A DNA stretch of 64,000 nucleotides from contig JAXSMZ010000003.1 in the NCBI GenBank assembly GCA_037924335.1, positions 1 to 64,000 on the forward strand, read 5' to 3'. Both the position numbers and the translations under genes were made by a program. Below the pieces are notes generated by a model. That model worked only from the letters and a program-made list of their open reading frames with translations. It ran no database searches and was not told the DNA's origin. Each line of letters starts with the position of its first letter. Position 1 is the first letter of the stretch. Below are positions 28,355 to 38,362 of this stretch, piece by piece. The DNA is from Aquificaceae bacterium. Its GTDB lineage: Bacteria; Aquificota; Aquificia; Aquificales; Aquificaceae.

Positions 28355-29749
28355 ATGGCTAAGGAGATAAGGTATTTAGACAGAAATAAAGAGCCAATGC
28401 TACCACCCCAAGAGAGAAGGAAGACCTTTAGAGAATATGCCCTTGGTTTTTCAATAAGCATGGCCATTGATGAAGCAAAAAGATGTCTCTTTTGCAGAGA
28501 TGCAGAGAAAAGATGTATAAAGGCTTGTCCTGTCAATGTGGATGTACCGGGCTTCATAAAAAAGATAATTGAAGGTAACTTGATAGAAGCGTATAAAAAG
28601 ATAATAAAATCAGACCCTTTCCCTTCCGTGTGTGGAAGGGTGTGCCCCCAAGAGAGGCAGTGCGAAGGTGCTTGTATTCTTTACTATGATGTTGTTAGGA
28701 ACAAAAGGAACAGAGGGCTTCCTGTTAGTATAGGGACTCTTGAAAAGTTTGTGGGTGATTTTTTAAGGGTCTCTGGTTTTGAGGTGGAGGAAGACATTGC
28801 TGAGCCAACTGGTAAAAGGGTTGCCATAGTCGGAGCTGGGCCTGCAGGCTTATCCTGTGCCTATGACCTTGTAAAGTTAGGTCACCGTGTTCATGTTTAT
28901 GAGGCACTTCCAAAGGCCGGTGGTGTTATGATTTACGGCATTCCATCTGCAAGGTTAGAAAAAAGCATAGTGGATTGGGAGGTGGAAAGACTGAAAAGGA
29001 TGGGTGTTGAATTCTTTCATGGTCATATAATCGGTAAAACATTAAGCTTAAAATTTTTGCTCGAAAGTTACAATGCTGTTTTCTTGGCCATAGGTGCAGG
29101 TGTTGGGTCTTTGGGTATAAGGGGAGACCATCTTTTGGGCGTTTATCAAGCCCTGGATGTTCTAAAAAGCGTAAACCTCAAAAAGGAGTATATCAACTTA
29201 GGTTCTAAAACCGTCATAATAGGTGGGGGTTTTACTGCCATAGATTGTGCGATAACATCTATACGCCTTGGGGTTGAGACGCATGTGGTTTACAGAAGAA
29301 CGAGGGAGACATCCTCTGCAAGGGACGAAGAGTGGGACCATATAGAGCAGGAGGGTGCAATAATTCACTGGCTTACACAACCCATAGAGATATTGGGAGA
29401 AGATAGAGTAAAGGGTGTTAGGTGTATTAAAATGAAGCTTGGAGATCCAGATGAGAGCGGAAGGCCAAAGCCTATAGCCATACCCGGCTCGGAGCACACA
29501 ATTGAGTGTGATTCTGTAATATTTGCCATAGGACAAAAGCCAGACCCAACAGTTTATGAAGAGCTAAAAGACCTTAAAGTTTCCAAGTGGGGGACTGTAC
29601 AAGTAGATGAAGGATTCAGAACAAGCGTAAAGGGGCTTTTTGCTGGTGGAGATGTAGTAAATGGTGGAGAAACGGTTGTGAGAGCTATAGCACATGGAAA
29701 GAAAGCTGCCCAATCTATACATGAGTACCTTAAAAAGGAGGTGTTTTGA
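28355..29749 (+). CDS. GltD/NfnL/SudA-family FAD, 4Fe-4S, NAD(P)H oxidoreductase
   Basis: RCLFC...C..ACP, CGRVCPQERQCEGAC, GAGPAGL, GGGFTAID, FAGGD. Confidence 0.88.
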   Translation: MAKEIRYLDRNKEPMLPPQERRKTFREYALGFSISMAIDEAKRCLFCRDAEKRCIKACPVNVDVPGFIKKIIEGNLIEAYKKIIKSDPFPSVCGRVCPQERQCEGACILYYDVVRNKRNRGLPVSIGTLEKFVGDFLRVSGFEVEEDIAEPTGKRVAIVGAGPAGLSCAYDLVKLGHRVHVYEALPKAGGVMIYGIPSARLEKSIVDWEVERLKRMGVEFFHGHIIGKTLSLKFLLESYNAVFLAIGAGVGSLGIRGDHLLGVYQALDVLKSVNLKKEYINLGSKTVIIGGGFTAIDCAITSIRLGVETHVVYRRTRETSSARDEEWDHIEQEGAIIHWLTQPIEILGEDRVKGVRCIKMKLGDPDESGRPKPIAIPGSEHTIECDSVIFAIGQKPDPTVYEELKDLKVSKWGTVQVDEGFRTSVKGLFAGGDVVNGGETVVRAIAHGKKAAQSIHEYLKKEVF

Positions 29750-29750
29750 T

Positions 29751-30176
29751 ATGAAAAAGGTCATCCTGATCTTGGGAGCTATTCTACTTGCCTTCCTCCT
29801 TTTCAAGTCCTGTGGCGATAGCTCAAAGGAGGCAAAGGGTACCGTTGAAGACTTCATATCGGCTATCAGGGATGAGAATGGAGAGAAGGCGGTAAGGCTG
29901 CTGTATCCTCCTTTCAGGGAGGCTCTTGTCAGTCAGGTAAAAATGCCCTTTGAGCTGACGGAGATGAAACCCTCTGAACTATTAGCCTGCACCTTATCAA
30001 CTATGGGGAAAAACATAAAGAAGGTAAAGTATGTGGACGTGAGTAAAGTAGATGACAACCACACAGAGGTTGTAGTTAGGATAACGGACAGGGAAGGCAT
30101 GGAGAAGATGTTCACCTTCATACTCATAAAGGAAGAAAACAAGTGGAAGATAGCGAGCATATCTTCATTGAGATGA
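29751..30176 (+). CDS. Exported NTF2-like hypothetical protein (possible lipoprotein)
   Basis: Hydrophobic N-terminus ending KSC, C-terminal L.KE..KWKI, AGGAGG SD. Confidence 0.6.
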   Translation: MKKVILILGAILLAFLLFKSCGDSSKEAKGTVEDFISAIRDENGEKAVRLLYPPFREALVSQVKMPFELTEMKPSELLACTLSTMGKNIKKVKYVDVSKVDDNHTEVVVRITDREGMEKMFTFILIKEENKWKIASISSLR

Positions 30177-31147
30177 AGGTGCTCATCTGGCAGACTGCTT
30201 TCATTGGTGATGTAGTTCTTACTACACCCCTTATCAGAACCCTTCAAAGGAGTTTCAAGGATGCAACAGTAGGCTTTGTAGGGAGGCCCTTCATACTGGA
30301 GCTTTTAAAAGGTTACAACATAAACCTAATACCCTTCGATAAGAGCCTTGCAAGTTCCTTTTCCATCATGGAGAAGATAAAAGATTACACAGTTGTCCTG
30401 TCTCCGCATATATCCGCAAGGTCTGCGCTCATACTCTTCTTCTCTGGAATACCTACAAGGATAGGCTTCCATAGGTCAGAGTTGCCTTGGCTTTATACAA
30501 ATGTTGTGGAACATAAATGGGAAGAGCATGAGGTTGATAGGAATTTGGAACTGTTAAAACCTATGGGAATAAAGGATAAGAATTTTATAAGAGAGACAAA
30601 GCTCTTTGTGGATGATAAGCAAGTTAACGCTGTTTTCAGAAAGTTTAACCTTCCAGAAGATTATGTAGTAGTTTCTCCTTTTTCCAACTTTCCCCTAAAG
30701 GAGTGGTACATGGAAGGATGGGTGGAGGTAATAAGGAACCTGAGTAAAGATGTTGTTTTGGTCGGAGCCAAAGGGCACGAAGAGAGAGCAGAAAAGATAT
30801 CCCAAGGGGCAAGTGTTATAAATCTGGTGGGAAAAACTACGCTAACAGAGCTTATGGCTGTTTTGTCAAAGGCAAAGCTTGTCCTTTCCTGTGATTCTTC
30901 CCCTGTACACATAGCAAACGCCTTTGGTGTCCCAGCCATATCCATATACACTTCCACATCCCCTCACTATGGCTTCTACCCTACTATTGGGTCCTATCTA
31001 AAACCAGACATACCTTGTTCGCCTTGCTCCCCCAACCCCAAAGGCTGTAAAGTGGGCATGTCTGAATGTCTGAGGGCTGTAAAACCAGCAGACGTTTTGT
31101 GTCAAGCTTCAAAATTTTTGACTCTTAGCCACTTACCGTCAGTGTAA
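30173..31147 (+). CDS. GT9 LPS heptosyltransferase-like glycosyltransferase
   Basis: IGDVVLTTP, KEW, GKTTL.EL, CDSSPVHIA. Confidence 0.9.
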   Translation: MKVLIWQTAFIGDVVLTTPLIRTLQRSFKDATVGFVGRPFILELLKGYNINLIPFDKSLASSFSIMEKIKDYTVVLSPHISARSALILFFSGIPTRIGFHRSELPWLYTNVVEHKWEEHEVDRNLELLKPMGIKDKNFIRETKLFVDDKQVNAVFRKFNLPEDYVVVSPFSNFPLKEWYMEGWVEVIRNLSKDVVLVGAKGHEERAEKISQGASVINLVGKTTLTELMAVLSKAKLVLSCDSSPVHIANAFGVPAISIYTSTSPHYGFYPTIGSYLKPDIPCSPCSPNPKGCKVGMSECLRAVKPADVLCQASKFLTLSHLPSV

Positions 31148-31623
31148 ATGTATATCTCTTCAAAAGCCTCGCTCATTACGTTCATCTTCCTTATCTTTGC
31201 ATACTCTTCTGGGGCTTTTAAAAACTTCATAAGATGTTCTTTGCTATCAAAGAAAAGGAAAAGATGGCCAGCTTTTAGAGCTACTATGTTGTCCACGAGC
31301 TTCACAAAGGCACTGCATACAGGGCATCTATACCCATCCGGTATGTTTATCTCTATAGTTGCATACCTTATGGCGTAAAGGGCTATGATAAGTATTCCAA
31401 AAAAGGTCAAGACTGTTACAAGAAGGGAAAGCTTCAAAGTCAAACCTTTAAAGAAGAGAGATAGAACTAAAGTACTAAGGCTTGTCAGAATCATAAATAG
31501 AACCAAGTAAATGTACCTTGCGGCAACACCCCTTACTGCAAAGAGAAACAGGATGCCTATACCAAAAAACTCAAGAAGCCTCGCCAGCACGAAAAGCACA
31601 CCATCTACCAGCGGCGTCTCCAT
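31102..31623 (-). CDS. Membrane protein with C-terminal YHS/TRASH-like metal-binding domain
   Basis: Three TM helices, then CPVC...FFDS.EHL.KF.KAPEEY. Confidence 0.55.
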   Translation of the reverse strand: METPLVDGVLFVLARLLEFFGIGILFLFAVRGVAARYIYLVLFMILTSLSTLVLSLFFKGLTLKLSLLVTVLTFFGILIIALYAIRYATIEINIPDGYRCPVCSAFVKLVDNIVALKAGHLFLFFDSKEHLMKFLKAPEEYAKIRKMNVMSEAFEEIYIYTDGKWLRVKNFEA

Positions 31624-31647
31624 ACCTTTAAATTAATTCTCAGCCCA

Positions 31648-32283
31648 TTACTTTATAAAGTCTTTTAGCGTAGCATAGGCCTTCATGGCTTTATCAAACC
31701 TCCCATTTATAACATCCCAGTTGAGATTCTCTAGAAAAGCGTCTATGTAAGGAGGTCTTTTGTTCTTTTGGTCCACGTAGTAAGCGTGTTCATAAGTGTC
31801 CAAAACTATTAAAGGTATGAGCCCTGTGTAGTTGTACACGTTATGTGCGTCAAGACCGTTCACCACAAGCCTGCCAGAGAACACATCAAGCCCCAAAATT
31901 GCCCATCCCCTAAAGGCTATGCCTGCAGCCTTTATCTCTTGAAGGCATGCATCCCATGAACCAAAGTCTTCTTCAACTTTCTTCCTCAGGTCCTCAGATG
32001 GCTGCCCCTTTGGACCCAAGTGCCCAAAGTAAAGTTCGTGCAAAACAACTCCCATGTAATTGAAGGTCTCTTCTACCTTAAGCTCTCTGTACTCAGAATA
32101 GTTTTGGTTTGCCTTAGTTCTGTCAGAAAAGCCAAGGTCCGAGAGCTTTTCTTGAATCTCGTTGTACTTGCTTACGTAGCCTTTGTAGTGAGCTTCAAAG
32201 TGTGGTTCTATCTGTTCGTTGGAGATTCCTTTCAAGTCCGATGGTTTAAGATGGTTCTTCGGTTCCAGCCTGTGAGTTGCCAT
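31648..32283 (-). CDS. sodB: Fe/Mn superoxide dismutase
   Basis: HFEAHYKGYV, LHELYF, DTYEHAYY; GGAGG SD before ATG 32283. Confidence 0.93.
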   Translation of the reverse strand: MATHRLEPKNHLKPSDLKGISNEQIEPHFEAHYKGYVSKYNEIQEKLSDLGFSDRTKANQNYSEYRELKVEETFNYMGVVLHELYFGHLGPKGQPSEDLRKKVEEDFGSWDACLQEIKAAGIAFRGWAILGLDVFSGRLVVNGLDAHNVYNYTGLIPLIVLDTYEHAYYVDQKNKRPPYIDAFLENLNWDVINGRFDKAMKAYATLKDFIK

Positions 32284-32412
32284 GATCCTACCTCCTTGAA
32301 AGATTTTCTTTATTAACATTTAAACATATTAGCAAGTTATATTCATATGATAACGGTCAGATTGCACGTTAAAAACTTATGGCATAAAGTTTTTAAAAGA
32401 GGAGGTGTGGAC

Positions 32413-32985
32413 ATGCCAGAAGTTTCATACTCTGGATGGGAGACTTTCTTTAGATGGGTTCATTTTTTAGCTGGTATTACTTGGATAGGCCTTCTTTATT
32501 TCTTTAACTTGGTGAACGTTCCTTATACAAAGGCTACAAAGCCTGAGGAAAGACCCGCACATGTCCCAAAACTCATGCCCTTGGCTTTGGCATGGTTTAG
32601 GTATGCAGCCTTGGTGACAGTAGCCGTTGGTCTTGTTATGATCTATATGAAGTACTGGTCTGCAGGTGATATTGTAAGCTCCAACTCTGCAAAAACTATC
32701 CTAGTGGGAGGCATACTCGGTATTATCATGATGCTCAACGTATGGTTCTTTATATGGCCAAACCAGAAGAAGATAATCCAAGCAACAGTTAAAGGGGAAA
32801 AGGCAGACCCAGCATGGGGCAAGAGGGCTTTGCTTTTCTCAAGAGTTAACTTTACCCTATCTTATCCCATGTTGCTTTTTATGGGCGCTGCTACACATTA
32901 CCCAATGGACTGGAGAATGATACTACTTACTGGCATCGTAACGGCTATTATAGGTGCTGTTATAGTTCTTTTTGTTCAACGCTGA
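32413..32985 (+). CDS. PuuD N-terminal (Urate_ox_N)-like membrane protein
   Basis: RWVHFLAGITWIG..YFFN, WFRYAA..T, IMMLNVWFFIWPNQKK, SR.N..L..PML.FM. Confidence 0.7.
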   Translation: MPEVSYSGWETFFRWVHFLAGITWIGLLYFFNLVNVPYTKATKPEERPAHVPKLMPLALAWFRYAALVTVAVGLVMIYMKYWSAGDIVSSNSAKTILVGGILGIIMMLNVWFFIWPNQKKIIQATVKGEKADPAWGKRALLFSRVNFTLSYPMLLFMGAATHYPMDWRMILLTGIVTAIIGAVIVLFVQR

Positions 32986-32986
32986 A

Positions 32987-33427
32987 TTAATGGTTATGCA
33001 TCCTCTCGTGCATATCACCCATGCCTCTCTTTACTGGAGCAGACACCTTTATCTCCCCAGACTTCTCAAACTTTAAGGCAAGGTCCACCTTTTGGCCTTC
33101 CTTTGGTTTCTCTGTTAGGTTTATGAGCATGATGTGATAACCACCGGGTTTTAGCTCTACGCTTTTTCCAGCTGGTATCTCGAGAGCTTTTACCCTTCTC
33201 ATCTTTCCGCCTACAGTCTCATGGATCTCCACAGCCTTAGCTATCTTCGTGGATGCACCTATGAGCTTGTCTGGCTCATCCCCCTTGTTTTCAATTACCA
33301 TGTAAGCAGCGCTCATGCTTGATGTTGGAGGAACTTCTCTAACCCATGCGTCCTTGACCTCGATCTTTGGTGCTGCCAATCCAACTCCAGAGACAACAAG
33401 ACCCAAGAGAAGCTTTCTCATGTTCAA
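32987..33427 (-). CDS. Copper chaperone PCu(A)C
   Basis: AWVR, SAAYM, EIHE, LKPGGYHIML, Met/His-rich tail, signal peptide. Confidence 0.92.
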   Translation of the reverse strand: MNMRKLLLGLVVSGVGLAAPKIEVKDAWVREVPPTSSMSAAYMVIENKGDEPDKLIGASTKIAKAVEIHETVGGKMRRVKALEIPAGKSVELKPGGYHIMLINLTEKPKEGQKVDLALKFEKSGEIKVSAPVKRGMGDMHERMHNH

Positions 33428-33489
33428 ACCTCCTTTAGAATTTGATATTAATTCTAGTCCGAAAAGATGAAAATTCTATGAGTTTATAA

Positions 33490-33563
33490 CCGGTCCGGCG
33501 GGAGTCGAACCCGCAACCTTGGGATCCGTAGTCCCACGCTCTATCCAATTGAGCTACGAACCG
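33490..33563 (-). tRNA. tRNA-Arg(ACG)
   Basis: Acceptor CGGTTCG/CGGACCG, anticodon arm TGGGA-CTACGGA-TCCCA, T-loop TTCGACT; no CCA encoded. Confidence 0.96.
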
Positions 33564-33583
33564 TAATATTATAGTATATAAGC

Positions 33584-34027
33584 ATGAGGGCTCTTTTGCA
33601 AAGGGTCAAGTCTTCTTGGGTGTTGGTGAATGGAAGGGAAGTTGGGAGGATAGGTGAGGGCTTTAACATCCTTTTAGGTGTAGGAGTGGGAGATTCGGAG
33701 GAGGACGCAAGGAAGCTTGTAGAAAGAATAGTAAACTTGAGGGTCTTTGAGGACAAGTCTGGAAAGTTCAGCCATTCACTGTTGGATGTGAAGGGCTCAG
33801 CTCTTATCATCTCACAGTTTACTCTCTATGCAAGCATGAAGAAGGGAAGGAGGCCAAGCTTTGAAAATGCAGAAAAGCCAGAGAGAGCAAAAGAGCTTTA
33901 TGAGTACTTTGTTAAACTTATGTCTCAAAAGGTTCCAGTAAGCACAGGAGTTTTTGGTACCATGATGGAAGTTAATATAGTGGGTTGGGGTCCTGTTACC
34001 ATACTCCTCGACAGCAAAGATATCTAA
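33584..34027 (+). CDS. dtd: D-aminoacyl-tRNA deacylase
   Basis: MRALLQRV, SQFTL, GRRPSF, GPVT. Confidence 0.96.
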   Translation: MRALLQRVKSSWVLVNGREVGRIGEGFNILLGVGVGDSEEDARKLVERIVNLRVFEDKSGKFSHSLLDVKGSALIISQFTLYASMKKGRRPSFENAEKPERAKELYEYFVKLMSQKVPVSTGVFGTMMEVNIVGWGPVTILLDSKDI

Positions 34028-34866
34028 AAGTTCTGCTCTTCAAGTATCACCTTTTTGTAGAGACTCTCCGGTAGAAATGCATGTCTGTGCATGTCTGTAC
34101 TGTAAAGTTTGGTTTGAATATCAATCTGTCTTAATGGCTCTCTTGTCCCGTACTTCTTTGATGCTATGGAAAAAGTCCACCAGTAACCTGCATAACCTGG
34201 TATAACGGCAGTATATAGGTCCACTATGGGAAACACTTTCTTGAGAGACTTCTGTATCCTTCTTACTATCTCTGTGTGGTAATATATAGACTCTGTCTGC
34301 CCTACGTATATACCATCATCTTTTAAAGCTCTGAAGACATACCTGAAGAACTCCTCAGTGGTTAGCACATGGGCAAACCCTACAGGGTCCGTAGAGTCTA
34401 CCATTATAACATCAAACTCTCCCTCGTAATCCTGTATGTACTTGTAGCCATCCTCGTTCAAAACCATAGCCCTTGGGTCTTCAAAGGCCGCGGACATGGT
34501 GGGGAAAAACTCCTTTGAAACCCTTATCACTTCAGCGTCTATATCAACGAGAACTGCTCTTTTGACATCTTTGTGCTTGAGTACCTCCCTTAGAGCTCCA
34601 CCGTCCCCCCCGCCTATTATGAGTACATTCTCTGGGTTTGGATGGGAGCAAAGGGGAACGTGGGATATAAACTCATGGTATATGAACTCAAACCTCTCAT
34701 CACACTGAGCCACTCCATCAAGAACTAAAACCTTTCCAAAGTTTGGAGACTCTATCACCATGATCTCCTGGTAATCGCTCTTACCTTGGTAGAGGACCTT
34801 AGATACAGGATAGCAATGCCTTATAGGAGCGTATGGGTCTCGCTCAATAAAGAACACATCCAACAT
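34024..34866 (-). CDS. speE: Polyamine aminopropyltransferase (spermidine synthase)
   Basis: LVLDG..Q..E..EF.YHE, IGGGDGG, DSTDP. Confidence 0.93.
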   Translation of the reverse strand: MLDVFFIERDPYAPIRHCYPVSKVLYQGKSDYQEIMVIESPNFGKVLVLDGVAQCDERFEFIYHEFISHVPLCSHPNPENVLIIGGGDGGALREVLKHKDVKRAVLVDIDAEVIRVSKEFFPTMSAAFEDPRAMVLNEDGYKYIQDYEGEFDVIMVDSTDPVGFAHVLTTEEFFRYVFRALKDDGIYVGQTESIYYHTEIVRRIQKSLKKVFPIVDLYTAVIPGYAGYWWTFSIASKKYGTREPLRQIDIQTKLYSTDMHRHAFLPESLYKKVILEEQNF

Positions 34867-34911
34867 TCTTGCTCACCTCTTAAGTTTTGACATTTATTAT
34901 AATCAAAATCC

Positions 34912-35868
34912 ATGAAAGTCTTAGTAACGGGTGGAGCTGGGTACATAGGGTCCCACATGGTGAAGATGCTTGGAAGCATGGGGCATGAAGTTGTTACGTA
35001 TGACAATCTTTCAACAGGAAACAAAGATGCGGTACTTTACGGCAGGCTTGTGGTGGGTGACCTTTTGGAAAAGGAAAAGCTAAGGCAGGTGCTGATGGAT
35101 TTTAGACCTCATGTGGTTGTACACTTTGCAGCGAAGATATCCGTACCAGAGAGCGTGAAAGACCCAATTACCTATTACGAGAATAACTTCTGTGGAACTC
35201 TGAACCTGCTCTCTGCGATGGAGGAGGCTAAAGTAAAGCATATGATCTTTTCTTCAACGGCAGCAGTGTACGGTATACCAAAGAGAATACCCATGGCAGA
35301 AGAAGACCCAACACACCCTATAAACCCTTACGGACGGAGCAAGCTCTTTGCAGAGCAAGCCATAAAGGATTCTGGAGTTAGCTTCATCATCCTCAGGTAC
35401 TTTAACGTGGCTGGTGCAGACCCAGAAGGTAAGCTTGGAGAAAACTCTAAGGAAGCCTTCCATCTTATCCATAGAGCTCTAAAGGTTGCAAAGGGAGAGA
35501 TACCTTACATGGAGGTTTACGGGACAGACTACCCAACACCCGATGGCACATGTATAAGGGATTATATACATGTCACAGACTTGATACAAGCACACATTGA
35601 TGCCATGGAGTACCTTTTGGACGGTGGGAAGTCTGACGTTTTTAACGTGGGATACGGTCGTGGTTATTCGGTTCTTGATGTCATAAAGGCTGTAAAAGAA
35701 ATTACAGGAGTGGACTTTGAAGTGAGGTTAGCAGGCAGGAGGGAAGGTGACCCACCAGTTCTAATAGCAGACAGTAGAAAGATAAAGAGCATAGGCTGGA
35801 GACCCATGTACAACGACCTGAAGTTTGTCATAGGGACTGCTTGGAACTGGGAAAAGAATTATATTTAA
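34912..35868 (+). CDS. galE: UDP-glucose 4-epimerase
   Basis: TGGAGYIGSH, YGRSK, RYFNVAGA, DGTCIRDYIHV. Confidence 0.95.
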   Translation: MKVLVTGGAGYIGSHMVKMLGSMGHEVVTYDNLSTGNKDAVLYGRLVVGDLLEKEKLRQVLMDFRPHVVVHFAAKISVPESVKDPITYYENNFCGTLNLLSAMEEAKVKHMIFSSTAAVYGIPKRIPMAEEDPTHPINPYGRSKLFAEQAIKDSGVSFIILRYFNVAGADPEGKLGENSKEAFHLIHRALKVAKGEIPYMEVYGTDYPTPDGTCIRDYIHVTDLIQAHIDAMEYLLDGGKSDVFNVGYGRGYSVLDVIKAVKEITGVDFEVRLAGRREGDPPVLIADSRKIKSIGWRPMYNDLKFVIGTAWNWEKNYI

Positions 35869-35873
35869 AAACT

Positions 35874-36182
35874 ATGGAGTATGAGGTTTACGAAAGGTTG
35901 AAAGATATAAAGGACCCAGAGATACCCTTGGATATAGTAAACCTTGGACTTGTTTACGGTGTAAGCGTGAAAGACAGTATAGCGTACATAGATATGACCT
36001 TAACAGTTCAAGGATGTCCGGCTAAAACTTACTTTGCGCAGTATGTGAGGGAGTATATCCTTAAGAGTTTCCCCAAGCTTAAGGATGTAGTTGTTCAATT
36101 TGTTTTTGAGCCACCCTGGAACAGGGATAAAATATCTGAAGAAGGAAAACAAAAGCTAAGGAGTATGGGATGGAATATTTAA
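35874..36182 (+). CDS. DUF59/SufT metal-sulfur cluster assembly factor
   Basis: DPEIPLDIVNLGLVY, MTLT..GCP, FEPPW. Confidence 0.9.
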   Translation: MEYEVYERLKDIKDPEIPLDIVNLGLVYGVSVKDSIAYIDMTLTVQGCPAKTYFAQYVREYILKSFPKLKDVVVQFVFEPPWNRDKISEEGKQKLRSMGWNI

Positions 36183-36655
36183 ATAACAAATTTAAGGCTT
36201 TGGCTGAAGCCATTGAAAGGGAGTCTGTCTTAATTCATCGTGCTGCCCTTATAGATGGGTACAGAGACATACACAAATTTTCAAAGCTTGGTATTGATAA
36301 GATCATAAAGAGGGCTGCCAAGTATGGAGGCAAAAAGGGGGCAAACATACTAAAGGAAAGGTATGGTCTTCTCACAGATAGGCTCGATGAAGCATTGGAT
36401 ATACTCACTGTTATAGCAGAATCATCAAGGTTGCTTGATATATTTGAGTACGATATGGATGCTATGGAGATAAGGGTTGAAGGCTCTATACTGGTTGAAG
36501 CCATAGGAAAGAGCGAAAAGCCAGTCTGTGAGCCCATGGCAGGATTCTTTGAAGGTTTTTTGGGTGCTCTTCTAGAAAAGAACTTTGATATTAGGGAAAT
36601 AAAATGCAAGGCACAGGGGCACGAGAAATGTATATTTAAAATACACCAAAAATGA
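36170..36655 (+). CDS. V4R-domain protein
   Basis: KPVC...AGFFEG...E.KC.AQG...C.F. Confidence 0.85.
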   Translation: MEYLNNKFKALAEAIERESVLIHRAALIDGYRDIHKFSKLGIDKIIKRAAKYGGKKGANILKERYGLLTDRLDEALDILTVIAESSRLLDIFEYDMDAMEIRVEGSILVEAIGKSEKPVCEPMAGFFEGFLGALLEKNFDIREIKCKAQGHEKCIFKIHQK

Positions 36656-37053
36656 TGAAGATCCTTAACATAAGAACTACAAAGAAAACAATGTTTGTGA
36701 ATATAACCCATGATGTTAGGAATGCGGTAAAGAAATCTGGCATAAGCTCTGGGCTGTGCGTTGTTTATGTTCCGCATACAACTGCGGCTGTTTTTATAAA
36801 CGAAGGGGCAGACCCAAATGTACTAAAAGACATATCCTACGCAGTTGAAAAGCTAATACCGTGGGAGGACAAAGCATACTCTCACATGGAAGGAAATGCA
36901 GCAGCTCATATAAGAAGTGCTATAGTGGGCAACTCTAGGATAGTGCCAGTTGATAACGGAGAGCTTTTGCTCGGAACTTGGGAATCCATCTTTTTGGTTG
37001 AATTCGATGGACCAAGAAGTAGGAAAGTTATTGTTAAAACCATTGAAGGATAA
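36652..37053 (+). CDS. yjbQ: YjbQ/UPF0047-family protein
   Basis: PHTTAA..INE.AD, H.EGNA.AH, LGTW..IF..EFDGPR. Confidence 0.9.
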   Translation: MMKILNIRTTKKTMFVNITHDVRNAVKKSGISSGLCVVYVPHTTAAVFINEGADPNVLKDISYAVEKLIPWEDKAYSHMEGNAAAHIRSAIVGNSRIVPVDNGELLLGTWESIFLVEFDGPRSRKVIVKTIEG

Positions 37054-37066
37054 ATAGGAGGATCAG

Positions 37067-38362
37067 ATGGAAACTGTTGTAGCCTTTCTTGTACTTATCG
37101 GTGTGCTCGTTTGGTTTCATGAGTTTGGACACTTCTTATTTGCTAAGTTTTTTGGTGTAAAGGTGGAGGTTTTTTCCATAGGCTTTGGTCCCGTGCTAGC
37201 TAGTAAAAGGCTTGGTGAGACGGAGTATAGGGTATCAGCTGTACCTTTGGGTGGTTTTGTAAAGCTTTACGGTGAAGAAGGGCAAACTGATGACCCAAAA
37301 GCCTTTTCTTCTAAGCCTAACTGGCAGAAGGTCCTCATAGCCTTTGCTGGCCCTCTTTTTAACTTCTTTCTTGCCATCTTTGTGTTCTCTTCTGTCTTTA
37401 TCATGGGCAGGACTATGCCATCCTACCTTCTTGAAAAACCCGTTGTGGGTTACGTTGTCTCTCAGAGCCCAGCATACAAGCTTGGTATAAGGGCTGGGGA
37501 CACGATACTGGAACTTAACGGAAAGAAATTAAACACATGGAAGGACTTAGAGAGTACAAGCCTTGAAAACGTACTGAAAAAGAACTGGTCTCTGAAAGTT
37601 CTGAGGGATGGACAGACTCTTGAGCTTTTTGGTAAAGTAGAGCTCTCCAGAGCTACTGGTTTTGGTGCAGAACCCTACATAAAACCCGTAATAGGTAAAG
37701 TTTTGCCCAGAAGTCCAGCAGAGCAGGTGGGTCTGCAAGAGGGAGATATGATCCTGGAGATAAACGGTCAGAAAGTAAACAGTTGGTATGATCTGGTCGA
37801 TGGAATAAGAGAGTCAAAGGCTGATGTTATAAACCTAAAGCTTAAAAGGGGAGACAGAGTTTTTGAGAAGATGGTAGTGCCGATAAGGAGCAAAGAGACA
37901 GGAATACCCATGCTAGGAATATCCCCTTACATAGAGACCATAAAGGTCAGTGAGCCTGTTCACAGAGCATTCCTTGAAAGCTTGGAGAGAGTAAAGACCT
38001 TGACACTTCTATCCCTGAAAGCCATATGGGGACTGTTGACGGGTAGTATATCTTTAAAGACCTTAGGTGGGCCAATAGCTATAGCTCAGCTTGCTGGTGA
38101 ATCAGCACAGCAAGGAGTTGTTGCCTTCTTAGGTATGATGGCATTCATATCAGTTCAGCTTGCAGTCTTCAATCTCATACCCCTTCCCGTTTTGGATGGA
38201 GGTCTTATACTTCTTTTCCTGATAGAATCTCTGAGAAGAAGGCCTCTCTCTCAGAAGTTCAAGGAAAATTGGCAAAGGATCGGTTTTGCTATAATAATAG
38301 CCCTTTCAGTTTTTGTTATACTGAACGATATACTGAGAGTGCTTACTGGGAATAAGGTCTAA
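37067..38362 (+). CDS. rseP: RIP metalloprotease RseP
   Basis: HEFGH, two PDZ domains, [11 protein letters not shown]. Confidence 0.95.
   Translation: METVVAFLVLIGVLVWFHEFGHFLFAKFFGVKVEVFSIGFGPVLASKRLGETEYRVSAVPLGGFVKLYGEEGQTDDPKAFSSKPNWQKVLIAFAGPLFNFFLAIFVFSSVFIMGRTMPSYLLEKPVVGYVVSQSPAYKLGIRAGDTILELNGKKLNTWKDLESTSLENVLKKNWSLKVLRDGQTLELFGKVELSRATGFGAEPYIKPVIGKVLPRSPAEQVGLQEGDMILEINGQKVNSWYDLVDGIRESKADVINLKLKRGDRVFEKMVVPIRSKETGIPMLGISPYIETIKVSEPVHRAFLESLERVKTLTLLSLKAIWGLLTGSISLKTLGGPIAIAQLAGESAQQGVVAFLGMMAFISVQLAVFNLIPLPVLDGGLILLFLIESLRRRPLSQKFKENWQRIGFAIIIALSVFVILNDILRVLTGNKV

Noticed and set aside
32336..32354. GTTAT-N9-ATAAC as a Fur/PerR box upstream of sodB
   Set aside because: Only 5-bp arms in AT-rich DNA and a poor match to the second half-site.
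32380..32395. Possible sigma54 promoter (TGGCATAAAGTTTTTA) before the PuuD-like gene
   Set aside because: The -24 element is present but the -12 TGC is missing.
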